Assembly (NCBI RefSeq): GCF_036321535.1
Contig: NC_087436.1
Coordinates: forward strand, 7,812,001 to 7,876,000
DNA: 64,000 nucleotides
Source of the DNA: Camelus dromedarius
Taxonomy: Eukaryota
Direction: 5' to 3'
Shown in pieces: positions 24,446 through 38,950 of this stretch. Positions within the stretch are counted from its first letter, which is position 1, and each line of letters opens with the position of its first letter. Position numbers and translations under genes: made by a program. The notes beneath the pieces were generated by a model. It was not told where the DNA came from and searched no databases. It saw nothing but the letters and a program-made list of their open reading frames with translations.

Positions 24446-26044
24446 TGCTTTATACTATTTTAAAGTGGGAGGTGAAGTAAGTGTTTTTAGGAAATTAGGA
24501 ATTATACCTGGTGTGGTCTGACAATTGTTAAGCAGTTATGAAACACGGGCTGTGCTCCTTTTTGACAAAAAATTACATTATACTTCTTACAGCCTAGAGA
24601 CGGATCTTGTGGGCTTCTTGATTTGCTACGTAACTAGGTTTTCTGTGAACACTTTCAGGGTCTATTAATTTCTCTAATAAAGCATGTCTACTTGGTAACC
24701 TGAACCTTCAAACCTGCAGATTGTCAGTCCAATGTTTGTAGTTATTTCCCTAATGCAATTTTTTATCTGGGCTGATAAAGTGTTCTCTCTACTTAGTGTA
24801 TGAAATTTGAAAATCCTAAACTAAGTTATTCCCACAGTTTAAAATCAGACCAGAGAATAAATAACAACACAGTAGACAAAATGTTAAATTATCTGGATAA
24901 ATCTATTTATCTAGAATAAATGTATACCAGTATTGAGATTTAAACATTTAAAAATGTTTTTCCAATTCAAAAGTAAGATATTTGAGTAAGTTCAATATAG
25001 TTTTTAGGTTTTGAATGAAAGTGCAAATTAAACTCACCAATTATATTAAGGAAAAATTTGAATGAAAAATACTTTTATATTTACTAAATGCATAGCATAT
25101 GTTTGGGTGCATGTACTTTAACAGAAAGGTTTATATGCCCCAGTTTTCTTTATAAAGATATAATTAAAGATGTAATTTTTAAATTTGGAATTAAGTGCAA
25201 TATTTCTCAGATATTTCTGTCAAAATACACTTATTGGCAAAAAAGAATGACTTTGGTACATACCTTCTCCTCCACATCACTCCTCTCCCAGGTATATATG
25301 AAAATAATCTGAGGAAATATTTATATATATTTTATATAAATGCAGTACTTTGCAAATGTGCATTTAATGATCATTTTCTGGTTCATTCCAATCTTTGTAC
25401 TCAAAACCTCTAGTGAAAAGTCACGTTCCAGAAAGTTGTGGCAAGCTTATCTGAGAAACTCATATTTTGAAAACATTAGATGTAGGCAATTAAATTCTAG
25501 CAGCAACAAATTAAATAAAGTTTTCATGTGAGGATTGGGTAATTAAAAATAAACTTTCCTTTTTGATCTATGAGTGAGATAACTAATACTCTGTTTAATC
25601 GTGGAGGACCCTAATTTAGCCTGGCTATTTTTAGGCCGTTTTAGTTGAGTGGGTGGTTCACCCATGTTCTGGTGCAAGGATTTTCAACTTTTCTCTGAAG
25701 CACTGGGGCAGTTTCTGATGGGATTTTACTCAATACTCAGAAAGAACATAAGCAAATTACAAATACATTAGTACATTTTTTTTTAACATTGAACGAGGTT
25801 AATGTTTGTATTCTAAGATAATATCCTTTAAAAGGTAGGGGTAAATCTCATTTTTGTAATATTATGATTTTTTTCACAGCGTGAAACATTTATTCCATGG
25901 TAGTAAGCAAGTGCTTTGCTTTTAAATTTTGCTAAACTATCAGATAGTCAAATCTGGGAAACTCTTGTGAATTGCTTGCTTAGTATGCAAGGAGATTTGT
26001 GCTGTGCTCCAAGACAGAAAAGATAATTTCATAAAAAGTCCATT

Positions 26045-26216
26045 ACCCCCAGATGCAGATTTTGAACATACCAGCCCCCACAATAATGTGAGCCAATTGC
26101 TTAAAATACATCTCTAGACAGATGGACAGATAGATATGGATAGAGGCACACATATACATGTGCGTATGCTGCTGTTCTGTTGGTTCTGTTTCTCTGGAGA
26201 ACCTTGACAAATGCAA
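26045..26216 (+). mobile_element. MLT2 LTR 3' fragment
   Basis: 'ccagcccccacaataatgtgagccaattgcttaaaata...gttggttctgtttctctggagaaccttgacaaatgca'. Confidence 0.8.
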
Positions 26217-26569
26217 TGGTCTACATTCCCTTCAAAGAAGAAATAATAAATAAATAATTGTATAAGGCTCATTATTAAAAAAGGGAGAGTACCTATTATC
26301 CATTCCCTCCCCCTTGTTTTTTGCTCCCCAGAGGCAAATGCTTTCAAACCTTTTAGCAAATACTAAAGGTTTCTACTCTCACTATTCTAGACAATATTTT
26401 TATAACACTCTTTCCTTATTTTTCCATTTTAGGCACTTTTTCCCAAGGTGTTTCACTTTAAAAGATGAAATTTGCTAATTTTATTCCCTTTTTTCATTAC
26501 ATTAATTTCCAGTGCCCAAACATTCCATTATGATTTGGGATAAGTGATCATTTGGTATTTACATTATTA

Positions 26570-26985
26570 GGAATTATATGCATTTATATGCGTTTAATAA
26601 TAGATAATTATATATGAACATTATATATAAATTATATATAATTTATGTCTATATAAATTATCAAATATATCTTTATATATCATTATCTATGTTGATTATA
26701 TATGGTTACATATATTATATTTAATTATATAAGTTATATGTGACTAATATATAATTTATGTATGAATATAAAATATTTATATTATATAATAATTTATATA
26801 TTCATATGAATAACTTATGAATATATAAATTATACACTAATAGTATATATAAATTATATATGCATATATATACATATATACATGCATATATCCATATACA
26901 CATGTGTATATGTGTGTGCAATACATATATGTGTGTATATATGTATATATACATTCTAGTATATATATGTATATGTGTATGGGAA
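26570..26985. repeat. AT-rich low-complexity / compound (TA)n-(TG)n tract
   Basis: Direct inspection. Confidence 0.85.
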
Positions 26986-27089
26986 ATTTTCTAGTTTTGT
27001 TGGTAGATCTTGGGATCTCCTTTTATTATTGGAATTTTTTCATCTTTTTAATGAGAATTTTTCTATTACCTGGATCTCCTGTTTCTTCT

Positions 27090-28500
27090 TTTTTTTTTTA
27101 ATTTACTCTCCTATTTTGGTGAAGTGTATATTCTAGTACTTGCTGAGATAGATTTGGGGGTAGAAGCATTAACTGAGACACCAAGTTTATAAAAATGTAT
27201 TTATTTAATCTATTTTCACATTTAAACTAGACATAAATTTTATTTCAAAGAAGTTTGAGACATCATTTAAGTGTTTTTTAGCTTTCAGTGTTGCAGTTGA
27301 GAATGTAATAGGGAAGAACAAACCTGACTCCATATGAAATCTATTCCTTTGGCCCTAACCCTGTGCTCTGTTTCCTGTGCTGAGTCATGCTGGTTCTGCA
27401 TCTTTTGTAAAAGAATGTTGCCTAGAGCCTGAAATAGACAGGAGAGCCCATCCTCAAGGCTCCAACCTTTAAGAGTGTAACACTTTCCCATTCATATAGA
27501 GATAAAAAGTTGCAGAACAGAGAGTAACATTTGTCTGTGTTGGAGGTTTACAGGGACATCATGACCTGACCCACGTGGATGGCTGCAAGAACAAAGGATT
27601 CTGACACCAAGAAGTTTGCAACAACCAGTCACAAAGTCTTTTCTTTCAGTATGAAAGAAGCTTGAATTCTGACTTGGGTGAGATGGCTGTCTAGGACATT
27701 GGTCTCCCAATGACTTTCTAAATAAAGTTGTTATTCCTTGCTCCAACACCTCATCTCCTGATTTACTGGCCAGTTGTGTGGCCATGCATTTGGACTTGGT
27801 AACACGAATATGGATGTCTTATTCCTCCTGGATCCTTTCCTTGTAATGTTTTTTTTTCTCTCTGAACCATTAAGATTTCTTCTCCATCATTCTGAATGTT
27901 CTAAAATTCACAAATGTATGTCTTAATCTGGATCCATTTTTCCTTACTGTTCTGGATATTTTGTTGGTCCTTTCCATCATGAAAAGATTTTTTACGTCTG
28001 AAAACTTTATTGAATAATTTCTCCAGCATTTTCTCCCTCCCATTTTCAGTGTTCTTTTCCTTTTTTTTTCAAAGAACTTTTATTATTTAAAGCTTAGTCC
28101 TTCCAGGCTAGTTCTCAAACTTTCATATATGCATTCTACCATTTTTCATCTTTTTTCACACTTTTGTTTTACTTCCTCATCTTTATTTCCCAATATTTCT
28201 ATTGAATTTATATTTTTACTGTTATGTTTTTTAATTTCAAGTGCTCTTTCTTTCTTGTAAATGTTTTTCTTTATAGCACCCACCTGTTCTTTATTCATAG
28301 ATGCAAAGCTGTCTCAGCTCTTAAAGGTTATGCCAGTGATAATGACCTTCAAATATTCCTTCCCTGCCTTTATATATTTTCTACAAGGTACTATTTTCTC
28401 TTTGCCTCTTTTGCTTTCTGTCTTGTTATTAGATTTTATTTTCCTCCAGTGCTTGGGATTCCTTAGCTATCCTAACATATTTAAGAATTATGCATTGAAA
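27090..28500 (-). mobile_element. Old L1M ORF1-region fragment, interrupted by the LTR at 27304
   Basis: 'tttcagtgttgcagttgagaa' resumes after the LTR as 'tatggatgtc...ttgtaatgttttttttctctctgaaccattaagatttc...tgttctaaaattcacaaatg'. Confidence 0.6.
27304..27804 (+). mobile_element. ERV1-type solo LTR
   Basis: TGTAATAGGGAAGAACAAACCTGACTCC ... AATAAAG ... GGACTTGGTAACA; imperfect 4-bp TSD agaa/cgaa. Confidence 0.9.
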
Positions 28501-28744
28501 AGCATCACCGTGTGTGCAAGTTTCCTTATTGACTGAGAACTTGATTAAAGGATGGTCTGTCAGAGCTGTTATGCTTGGAAGACCAAAATAAAAGTATATT
28601 GAGTTCTTTTCTCTGAGGCAATTTCTTACTCCAAGTGAAGATGACTTCCATCTGCCCAAAGGGTACTAATTAGCCTGGCATGTTTGTTCTGGGAGTTCTT
28701 GGAGTTGGGTGAGGGGAGAAGGCTGGGTGTTCACTGTTTATTAA

Positions 28745-28940
28745 TGATAGCCAGTATTTACTGGGCACTTTTTTTCTGTGTCAGGTACTATTTTTTAGTG
28801 CTCTGACTTATTTCCTCATTTATTTCTCACACAATTCCATCAATTAGGTACAAGAATTCCAGATACTTTACAAATGATGGATCCAACCTAAATAGATGAA
28901 ATAATGTATTTAAAGTCACAAGATGAGAAAGTGAGAAACT
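28745..28940 (-). mobile_element. MIR SINE
   Basis: 'atagccagtatttactgggcact...gtgtcaggtact...tcctcatttatttctcacac...tttacaaatgatg...aaagtcaca'. Confidence 0.7.
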
Positions 28941-30102
28941 TGTGTTAACTTTTCTATAGAATGGTTGCCTTTATCTTTTCTCCTTCCATCCTGTGACTCA
29001 AGGATTTTCACTTTTTACTGCATGTGAGAGAAAGGTTTATTAAGATTTTGTTTATTCACTTGTCTTTTTTTTTTTTTTTAATCATGTTTTTTACCTCTTT
29101 GAAAAGGAGTATTGTTGCCAATTGTTCAGACCATTTTTTTTCATTCCATTGTATGTTATTGCACGTGAAGGAAGGAATATCCCACACATTTTGCTTTGGT
29201 CTGTGTGTAATCACTATGCTTCAGGAGCTGTGAGAGATGTTTGGATATTCATGTTATGCTATAATCAAAATGTATTAATGAAAGAGAGAGCTACATGATC
29301 ATTATTCTGTCTAGTTGCAGCATAAGTAGTTTCCTGCCTTTTCATTAAATTGTACCAAAATTTCTTATGCAGAATCTGTAGGCATCCTTTAACAGCAAAA
29401 TTGCCAAGGCAATCTTATTTTCTATTCATGGAGAAAAAAGTGAAGACAGAGTCTAAGTAATCTATGGATGCTGAAATTAAGACATAATAATTTTGATATT
29501 TTGTTAACCAAGGCTAGAATCAGGATAGGGAAAAATGCCATTTTATATATACCTTGCAAAAATAATTAAGTAACAAAACAAGGTAACAAAGTGTTGAGTT
29601 CCCACTATTATTGCAACATTGATTGTGAGTCAAGAAGTATGTGAAATGCTGAAGCAGATAATATGAATGCAGAAGACCCCAGTGATATAACTTAAGAGCT
29701 TTCAGACTAAAAGAATGTGGTCAAAGAGAACAAAAAAGAGGCATATTTGTTAAAATAGCTAATTTTGAATAATGTCATTGTTTCTAAAATAATGATGGCT
29801 GCAAATTAGTTTTTTCTTCCATCTTTAGACCTTGAAGCTTGATCATACTTAGCATTATGAATGGTGATGTTTTTATTTCTCTTTTTTATTCTTGACAATA
29901 GTTATGAATTCTGACATATACTAATCAACCAGGTTCATTACTCAGCTGGCTGTCTTGAGTGCAGTTACTTTCTTAATGCTACATAGCCATTACTCCATTG
30001 CTCACAACTTCCTTTGAACCATTTTGTTTTCTTCTATATGCAATTATTTTAATTAAAAGTCCCTCAAATCCTAAGAAATAGTTGCATTAAAAGTCATTTG
30101 TA

Positions 30103-30362
30103 CTATAGCTACCAAAGGGAAGAGGGTGGGGGAAGGATAAATTAGGAGTTGGGGATTAACAGATACACACTACTGTACACAAAACAGATAAACAACAAGG
30201 ACCCACTATGTAGCACAGAGAACTGTATTCTGTTTCTTGTGATAACATAGAATGGAAAAGAATCTGGAAAAAATATATATGTATATGTATAACTGAATCC
30301 CTTTGCTGTAAACCTGAAACTGACATTGTAAATCAACTACACGTCAATAAAAAATAAAATAA
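30103..30362 (+). mobile_element. 5'-truncated L1 3'UTR
   Basis: TSD aaaagtcatttgta (30089-30102) / aaaagccatttgta (30363-30376); AATAAA plus A tail. Confidence 0.9.
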
Positions 30363-30939
30363 AAAAGCCATTTGTATAGACTCCATTTATTTTATTTTTG
30401 ATCAGTTTTTTTTAGAGTTAAAAAGTTTTATTGATCCATTAACAAGTTAGTCTTAATTTTGTCTTGTCAGATTCTTAAACACCATTTTCTAGATTTTTCA
30501 TCCTATAAGACATGTATTGCTATGGAGTGTGAAATTTTGAATTTAAGGATGTTCTATAAAATGCCATAACCATAAGATATCTCACCAAGATAATTACTTT
30601 ATATTTATTGAAATTGGCTTTATTTTTGATACTTTGTTCATTGTCTCAAATTGGACTTGCATCACAGGATTTGCTATAAAATGTGAAAGAAAATAATCTA
30701 ATATGCAGGAAATGCATAATAATCAAATGGGAAAATATATTTATGGATGTATACTTTAGTGGTTAATGGGAAGAGGTTACTTTGCATAGATATTGAGAGA
30801 GAACACATGAAAATATTAAATGCATGTAAGAGAACAAGAACAAGATCTAATAATGCTATTATCTGTAATTTAACAACTATTTCTTTATTTCTCACAGATG
30901 CTTACTGATCCTCTTCTTATCCATGAACAAGACCTATAA

Positions 30940-31600
30940 AGTTTACTCCAGAAATAAAATTTAAATCCATCTATTTTCCTTATCTTAATTGTCACCACTA
31001 CAGTACAATCCCTAGATAGCTTATCTAGAATTCTGCAATTAATAACCTCTTTATTTGTCTTCCATCTACCAATAAACTGGGTTATATCACTACCACAGAT
31101 AAAGTCTGTCCATTACTTCCCATGATACTTAGGAAAAATATCCAAACTCTTAATGCACGTCTGAGAGCTGGAGGGTCTGCTTTCAGCCTACTGTCAAGAT
31201 TTTCTATTGTACAACATTTTCCTTTCACTACTGTGTCTTTGCCATCCTGACATTTATTCTGTTTCTGTCACACTCCAAGCTTTCCTTCTCTGTCAAGAGC
31301 CTGTATTGCCCAGATCTTTGAAAGCCTGGCCCTTTCTCATTCTTTGCCTTGGTGCAAAATGTGGCTTCTGGAGACGGCATGTCTTAAGTTGCCCTCTTTC
31401 ATCACACCTTCAGTTATTCTTCATCTATTCTTACAACATTTTTAATAGTGATCATTGTACTCTGAAATAATAGTGCTAACTTGTTCATTTTTGTCTCTCA
31501 GAAATAGAACACAAGCTTCATGAAAGTCTTGGCTCTATAGTGTTAGCACATATAAATGGTAACTTACGTATGATACACATTAATATTTTAGCCTATTTAT
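30940..31600 (+). mobile_element. L2 3' region
   Basis: 'aaatccatctattttc...tgtcaccactacagt', 'acttagg...atccaaactcttaa', 'tagaacacaagcttcatgaaag'. Confidence 0.65.
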
Positions 31601-32093
31601 GAAGGGATTACCAAGACTTGACAATGTCCTTGAAACAAGAATTTTAAAAGAAAAATTTTCTTCTCTCTCTGTCCTGTAAAATAATGAAGAAATAATTTGT
31701 GATTCTATATTTTTTCACTGTTTGGTGTTAACATATTTAAGAGGTTAAGTATACGGCAGCTGAGGTGCAAGAACAGGTGAGTCAAATCAGTGGACTGAAA
31801 CACGGAGACACCAGTATCTGTAGGACCAGAAGAGCATGTGAGAAAACAGAGGCACCTGTGGGAGCAGATAGGAAGGTAAAAGGAGCATAAAAATAATTGA
31901 ATAAAATCTCCAGGAGCATCATTCCCAATAGTACACTTGGTGGGCTGGTACCAAAAGGGAAACAGTTACATTAATTACTACAAAAAGTTAAAGTTTCTTT
32001 ACCATTAAGTCAAGCATTTTGGAAATTCTCCTTCTTACAGTATACCAGAATAGGAAAATTTATGCCATGCACTATTTGAATACCTTATCATAT

Positions 32094-32564
32094 TGTAATA
32101 GGGAAGAACAAATCTGACTCCATATTGAATGTTTCTTTTACTTTAACCTTTGAATTCTATTGCTTTTGCTTTGAGTTAATCACCAAAGGGAGGTTGCCTA
32201 TATGCTTAAACTATGCATAATGGTGCATCGCTGGGAACCCTGCCTCCCAGGTAATGAGCATTAAGCTCAAATACATTTGAGAAACACTCTGACCAGGCTC
32301 ACTTGTGAATGATTGCCAGAAGGAAGAAATTAACATATCCTAGAGGCTGACCAGAAACAGGACATGTTGATTTTACTCGCTTTCCTTTTAGTATGAAAGA
32401 AGCCTGAATTCTCGCTCGGGCAAGATGGTTCTTTGGGACACTAATCCACCACCTTCTTGGTCTCTGGCTTTCTGAATAAAGTCACTATTCTTTGCCCCAA
32501 CAATCTGACCATCTATTTAAAGGCCTGTTCTTCAGTGAACAGTACAAGCTTGGACTCAGTAGCA
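32094..32564 (+). mobile_element. ERV1-type solo LTR (same family as 6569 and 27304)
   Basis: TGTAATAGGGAAGAACAAATCTGACTCCATATTG ... AATAAAGTCACTATT ... GGACTCAGTAGCA. Confidence 0.88.
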
Positions 32565-32796
32565 AAAGTGGAACAGCCTTTATTTTTCCTGGTTTGTTGA
32601 TTTATGATATGGTGAAACATCCTCTGAGTAAACCCCAAGTGTGGCTCTAAGCGCACATTAAAAATACAGAACTGTAATAACAGGAGCAAATAGCATAGAG
32701 GAAGTTTACTGTTATAGTATTAGCTTACTTTCTTAATTTTTTGAAACTATTATACAAAAGGAAGCAAATGTTCAGATCGATCTATCTATATATTTA

Positions 32797-32823
32797 TGTG
32801 TGTGTGTGTGTGTGTGTGTGTGT
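32797..32823. repeat. (TG)n microsatellite
   Basis: Direct inspection. Confidence 0.95.
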
Positions 32824-33389
32824 ATTTGTGTTTATATATAAATGTTGCCCTATGTTTTGACCAAAATTATGTATGTGACTGGGTGTTTTTATTTTGTTGC
32901 TTTGTTTAAGGGACAAGACAAAAACTATAATGATACAAATTATCATATTTTTTTTCCTTTTTGGATCAAAATGAGATTTTACTTTAGGAGTAAATTTCTT
33001 CTAAGAGGTGAATCTGAAATGGAAAACACTTTAGTGAACCCTTAATTAAGCCCATAAAAGGAGAATGAAGTAAAGGAATCCAAGAACAAGTGTTTAAGAC
33101 CAGGATGACTATTCTGCTTAATAACATAAACTATGCCTTTGAAAATCATGATACTCATTAGAAAATGTTTTGTACATCTGAACTTGGACTAATGGAGTCT
33201 TCATTCCTCTTGTGTTTGCTGTTAGCAAGGAATGGTTGACAGAAGATGTAGAGCTTAAATGTAAAGAAAGGAGGAAAAGTTCTCAGCTAGAAAAATCTAT
33301 ACTTAACTTTAATTATTGTCAGATAAGAATGTATATCAGTGAAGGTCCACTTAGGAAAGTGGAGACTACTTCAGATGGTTCAAGCCTAG

Positions 33390-33860
33390 GGGATTTAATT
33401 CAAGGAATTAGTTAAAGCTAAAAAAAATAGGTTTATGGAGAAGCTGAGGATTACAACAGTAGATGGTACAACCCAGAGATTAGCCACAGAAGATGCCACC
33501 ATTCCCAGGGCGGGCCGGACACAGCAGGGAAATAAGAAACCACAGGATACTGGATTGAGCTTGACCCAAAACAGTGCTACCTTACAGGGACCAGTACCAC
33601 AAAAGGAGGGCACCAAAATCACAGGGAGCCACTGCTAGACCCACCGCCGGAGGCAGAGAGAAATGGGGAGAAATACCTTTGGTTTCTCTTTATTGTTCCT
33701 GTTTTCTTTCTTCTCCCCTTCCTTCCCTCAAATCTTCTACAACTGCCTCCCACTGACCAAATCTATCAGGAAGCCAGTGAGCAAGGAAGCCTTTGACAGG
33801 TAGCTTGCAACAGAAAGGTAAGCAATGAACCTGGAAATAAGTAAGCTAATGACAAGCACA
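33390..33860 (-). mobile_element. Ancient ERV-L LTR (LTR33/LTR40/LTR50-like)
   Basis: 'ctcccactgaccaaatctatcaggaagccagtgagcaaggaagcc...ctaatgacaagcaca' terminal motif. Confidence 0.55.
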
Positions 33861-36800
33861 GAGAGCTTCTTCCATGATTTAACAAAACCATCTTTTCAAA
33901 CTGGTTTTAGATATTTCAGCATAATCATAGGAAGCCTCCTTACCTAGGAGGAAGAAAGATAGGCCCTTACTGAGGTCAGCGTGGTGGTGGTGGTGGTGAC
34001 TTCCATTGGAGCATGACTCTACGCTAACTTTGGGGATTGGGAATTTAAATAGCTATACATACCTTTAAAATAAATTATCTGTTAGTAATATGGAGGTAGG
34101 CCCAAATAGTTGTGATTTAAAAGATATTGCTTGTTGGTGTATCACTGTGTTAACTGAAATATCTGAATATTTTTTAAAGCAGTAGATACAAATATGTGGG
34201 GTTCCCTAGACAGAAAATATCTTATAAATAAATTAATTAATTAAAATATACTACTTCAAATTAAATTATAACCTCTCCAATGAGGACTAGAAAAAAGAAT
34301 GAAGAATTTGACATCTCTGATGAGTATATTAGCAAAACTTAAAGCCCAGAGCATATAAAGAAGGCTTAAAAATTATGTTGTTATTTAAGGGACACATAAA
34401 AGCAAATCTCCTGGGCTTAATTAATATTGGATAAAGCAACGTTTAATGTCTTTTGATCGAGAAGACATATTTATTCATGAATGCAGGAATGCTTCAATCT
34501 AACTGTCTTTGAAAGAAGTTACATTATCCATTGAACTATGACTTACATGGGTTCAACATCCCAAGGTGTGCCATTGAAAGCCCTTCACAATGTTTTTTAA
34601 CCATATTTCCAAAATCATGTTTCTTTTTTCTATGTATTAACCCTACCCGTGACTGAACTGCTATGCTCGCTGATTCTTAAACACATTCTGCGTTCTGTCG
34701 TTTTCACTGTCTTTACTCATCTCAATTTATTTTTCACTCAAAAAACAAATGCCCTTTTCACTGGCAACTTTAGTTCCATTTTTTATATAACACATCTATT
34801 TAGGGTCTTATGTATTTTATTCTATAAGATTATGTGATAAAGATACACTAATAGACAAGATGTTGTCTTGGCCTTTAAAGATGCTTGAGGCAAAGGAGGT
34901 GGGCATTTAGAATGCAAATGCAGTGATGTCTGGTGTAGGCTGTGGCGGACTTGTGCTCTGTCAGCTTAGTTAAACTGGAATTAATTTTGCCAGAAACCAC
35001 TTTCCTGTAGGGATCCGAACTACAGTTGGCAACTGAAGGAACTGGTGCAGAATTTGGAAGGTGGGAGTGAAGCAGCATCCGTTGTATTGTGAAGACTGAT
35101 GGAGGGTACCTGCTGTCACTGTGTCTCAGGTGCATTGTCACTTACCTGCTGGATCACTTTGTGGACCAGTTCTGGGCCAAGCCAGGTGTGCACAGAGCAA
35201 TTACTAGACGGTGGTTTCTTTAATCAAGGTTGGCAGCTTATAGATTGTGGGTTGTTCTCATGGGTTAAAGGGTGTCCTTGCTCTCCTCCACTTCATTTTT
35301 ACTGACTTCTTACCTTCCAGTTACTTCAGACCCCCTGTTACATGGAGAGGCAAGAACCTGCCATACAATTTGTCACATGCTCCCACAATCGTAGAAAGGC
35401 TGAAAACAAAAACAGAGCCTTAATTTTGTGTCACTTATATTATTTTTGCATCCTTGATCAATCACTAGTCCTCCAAGTGGTTCCCAGAAACACAACCTTC
35501 AGGAAGGGCTCTCTGAAATATTTCCCTGATATGACCAACTCTAATGGCATTAATGGCACTGTTGTTTCGGTTAAGTGGGCTGGAAGCCCATGGAAAGCTT
35601 TGGCAAAACAGTCACTTAAATAATCAGACTTAAATTAAACTCTTGTAACAAAATATTTGTAGAAGGCAAGGCTTACGGTGACAAGATGTTACCACTGGAA
35701 ATATTTTAGTGAAAATAAGGACTGTGATGTCATTCATTGGTTTCAAATTGTGCTGCAGCATTTACGGGAAAAAGGAGTGTAATTAGCTCAGGGCTTTAAA
35801 TTTACAACTAGAGGTCTGGGAAAGTGATCAGAAAAATTTGTGATGACTTTAGAAGAAATCTGTATCCTTTGTAGACAGAGATTATGAATGTCAAAGCCAC
35901 CATCTAATCTTATGAGTAGTTAAATTGCAATGCAAATTAAATTTACAATCTCACAGGGCTGTTACGTTATGTTAAAGTTAAGGCATTGATTAGATAGGAG
36001 TGGGACACTAAATAGTGGAAAGCAGGCACACAGGTGAATTCTTACAAACATAGGAATGGCTTTCCTCCCCTGAGGGGTGTGGTCTCCTTGCCTGAAGAAC
36101 CAACTGTCACCAAAGTAATTGCTGGTTTTCCTAAGGACTATGCCCACCAGCTCTCATTGCTTCTAGAACTAAACCAGAGTCATACTTGAAGTCTCCAGGT
36201 AATAGGTTATAAATTTAATCCTGGGAGAAGAGTCAAAAGAGTATAAGATTTTTTCCAGCTTATCTCAATGATTTCTAAGGGTGAATGGGGGAGAAATAAA
36301 ATAATGTTGGATCAAGTCACATGTGTTGGCAGATACTCTGATTCCCTGTAACAGCTCTAGCAATCAGGAGAGACTCTAAGAGATTTTTAGTTTGTGTGAT
36401 TGAAACATGGACTCAAAGGAGACCTGTACTGAATAAAATGGAAATAGCATGATTTCCTTGGAATACTATAAAAGGAGGTGCCCAAACGCACAAGAAGACT
36501 GGCTTGCTATAGCAGATTCATCACGTGAAAACTGCTCATTTATTCCCTAGCTGGTCATAGGAGAGTTTCCAGAGGACATTACCTTTATCAAAGCTGTAAG
36601 AAATAAAATAGGACATAAGAAAATTTGTGAGAAGAACCTGGCATTGTTGAAAAGCTCCCTGTTCGGTCTGAAAAGACACTGGGATAAACATATCCAGTCC
36701 ACTGAGTTCCTATAATTCATTAGGTAAGGTGGTATTTTAGGGTGTTAGTGACCAAGTTATGGTATTTAATTGCCGGAGACAAGATGCAGAGGGTTATCAC

Positions 36801-37384
36801 AATAGGTGGCAGAGTAGAAGCCATAATCAGAATAATCTGTCCAGTGGAGATCACTGATTTTGGCTAGTTGATCCTTGAGGGAGGTTCCTGCTACACTGCA
36901 AAGTGTTTATTTATATTTATAATTTATAAAATTGTGAAAATGTAGCTTTTATCCAAAGGTACCCTGGCCATGTTCTAGGGTGACAGATCATTGGGGAAAG
37001 GGACATAATCAAACTTTGGGGAGGTGACTGGACGCTTGTTCTCAACTGTCACTAATGTCTAGAACTCCAAATTCCTGTGGTCCACCAGTGAGAGGTTTAT
37101 GGAGGACCGCACATACATCAGTTCATAGTAGCCCCACTGTGTCATGAAGCCGAGCATGCACTGTGTTACTCCAGGATCAAATGATAATAGACTCAAGCAA
37201 GTTCTAGTGGCATAAATACACATGGCACATCACGGGCATAATTCTGTTGCAAGAGCAAGTGATCCAAATGCCCATGAAACGTATCGCTACTACATTGCTT
37301 CCACTCTCTCAGTCTACATCTGTATCTTCATCAGGTGTTTCCCAAGACCAGTCGACTCAGGAAGAAATAAAAGGGGGCGTACTT

Positions 37385-37590
37385 TATTTTTTTTTAATAG
37401 AAGTATAGTCAGTTTACAATATTGTGTCAGTTTCTCTTGTACAGCATGTTTCAGTCATGCATATACGTACATATATCTGTTTTCACATTCTTCTTCATTC
37501 TAGGTGACTACAAGATATTGAATGTAGTTCCCTGTGCTGTACACTAGGGCCTTGCTGTTTATCTATTTTACATACAGTAGTGTGTGTCTG
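37385..37590 (-). mobile_element. 5'-truncated L1 3'UTR nested in ERV-L pol
   Basis: T tail then 'gaagtatagtcagtttacaatattgtg...gatattgaatgtagttccctgtgctgtaca...ccttgctgtttatc'. Confidence 0.88.
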
Positions 37591-38749
37591 CACATATTTT
37601 GAAGATACACCGGCACCCGGGGAAGTGGATGGCTGCAATATCACAGCCCCACACAAGGATGCTTCTACAGAAGAAAAGCAGAATTTTGAGCTGCACACTA
37701 GACTACTCATTTTTCCTGGCTGGAAGGAGAGGTTGATAAATATGTATCTACTTCAATTGAGAAGCAGGGGCAAAGTGGCCGAAAGGTGGGTAACACAGAA
37801 AGGATACCATTAGGAAATCTGAAACAAAGTTTCTTTGCTGAATAATGGTATGGATAGACATCACCAAATTCATACAGAAGGTGAACATATATGTGCCCAA
37901 CTAAATGCTAACCAAGGAGGAGTCTCAGAAGAGGATCTTAGTAACTAATTGGATAAAAAATGCTGTGTTCTGTAGACATTATTCAATTTTTCCCCAACGA
38001 TTCTGTCCTCACAAAATTGGCTCATGAACAAAGTGACTGTGACAGCAGGGACTACGTTATGCATGAGCTCACTAGACAATACCTACTGCTGAGTGTGTCA
38101 CTTGCCAACAGCAAGTTGGCAGTTGTGTGCACACTTGGTGGTCACACTGAGTCTCCAATATGGCCTTGTTCTCCAAGGCATCCATCTAGCTTCGTGGGAC
38201 AGGTTGCCTACACTGAGTACTCCCACCATGGAAGAGGCTGTCTTCTTGTATAGGAGTTTATCTTCCCTGCGTGCAGTGCTTCTGCCCAAACCATTCTTGA
38301 TGTCATTGTAGAATGACCTACTCACCATTATGATATTCTACACTGCACGGCTTCTGGCCAGGGGGCTCATTTTATAAAAGATGCAGTTGAACGATGAATG
38401 CATGCTCATGGGATTGACTGATCTTTACTATATTCAGTCTCACACTGAAATAGCTGTCCCAGTAAAATAATGAGCAGCCTTTTGGAAATTCATGTATAGT
38501 GCAAGTTGGTGGAAATATCTTCCAGGACTGGAAAAATGCAATCTAGCATAGATTGAATCAACAACTAATATAGAGTTTGCTTTAACTCATAAGTAGTGGT
38601 CACAGGTCCAGGACTCAGAGATGAAATGGGAGCATGTTCTCCCATCGTTATCCCAAGGACTGAACAGCAAACATTTTCTTCTCCATTTTCTCAACTTTGA
38701 TTTCTGCAGACATCCACATCTTACCTTCATTTTGAAGGATGCTTTCAGC

Positions 38750-38950
38750 AGGGACATGGCAATGGTCCCACTGAACTGGAGGTGAGACTGGCATATAGCC
38801 TCTTTGGATTCTTCATTCCAGTAAACCAATGGGCAGAGAAGTGAGGTACTGTATTGAATAAGGCGATTAACTCTCATTTCCAAAGAGAAATTGGGTTGCT
38901 TCTCACCATGGGAGAAAGGAAATGTATGTCTGGAATAAAGGATACCCATG
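38750..38950 (+). pseudogene. ERV-L dUTPase remnant
   Basis: Manual translation with a frameshift: GDMAMVPLNW / RLAYSLFGFFIPVNQWAEK*GTVLNKAINSHFQREIGLLL, matching the ERV-L dUTPase pattern located downstream of integrase. Confidence 0.75.

Noticed and set aside
26570..26985. CRISPR-like or structured repeat array
   Set aside because: Simple AT-rich microsatellite decay with no repeat-spacer periodicity; eukaryotic context.
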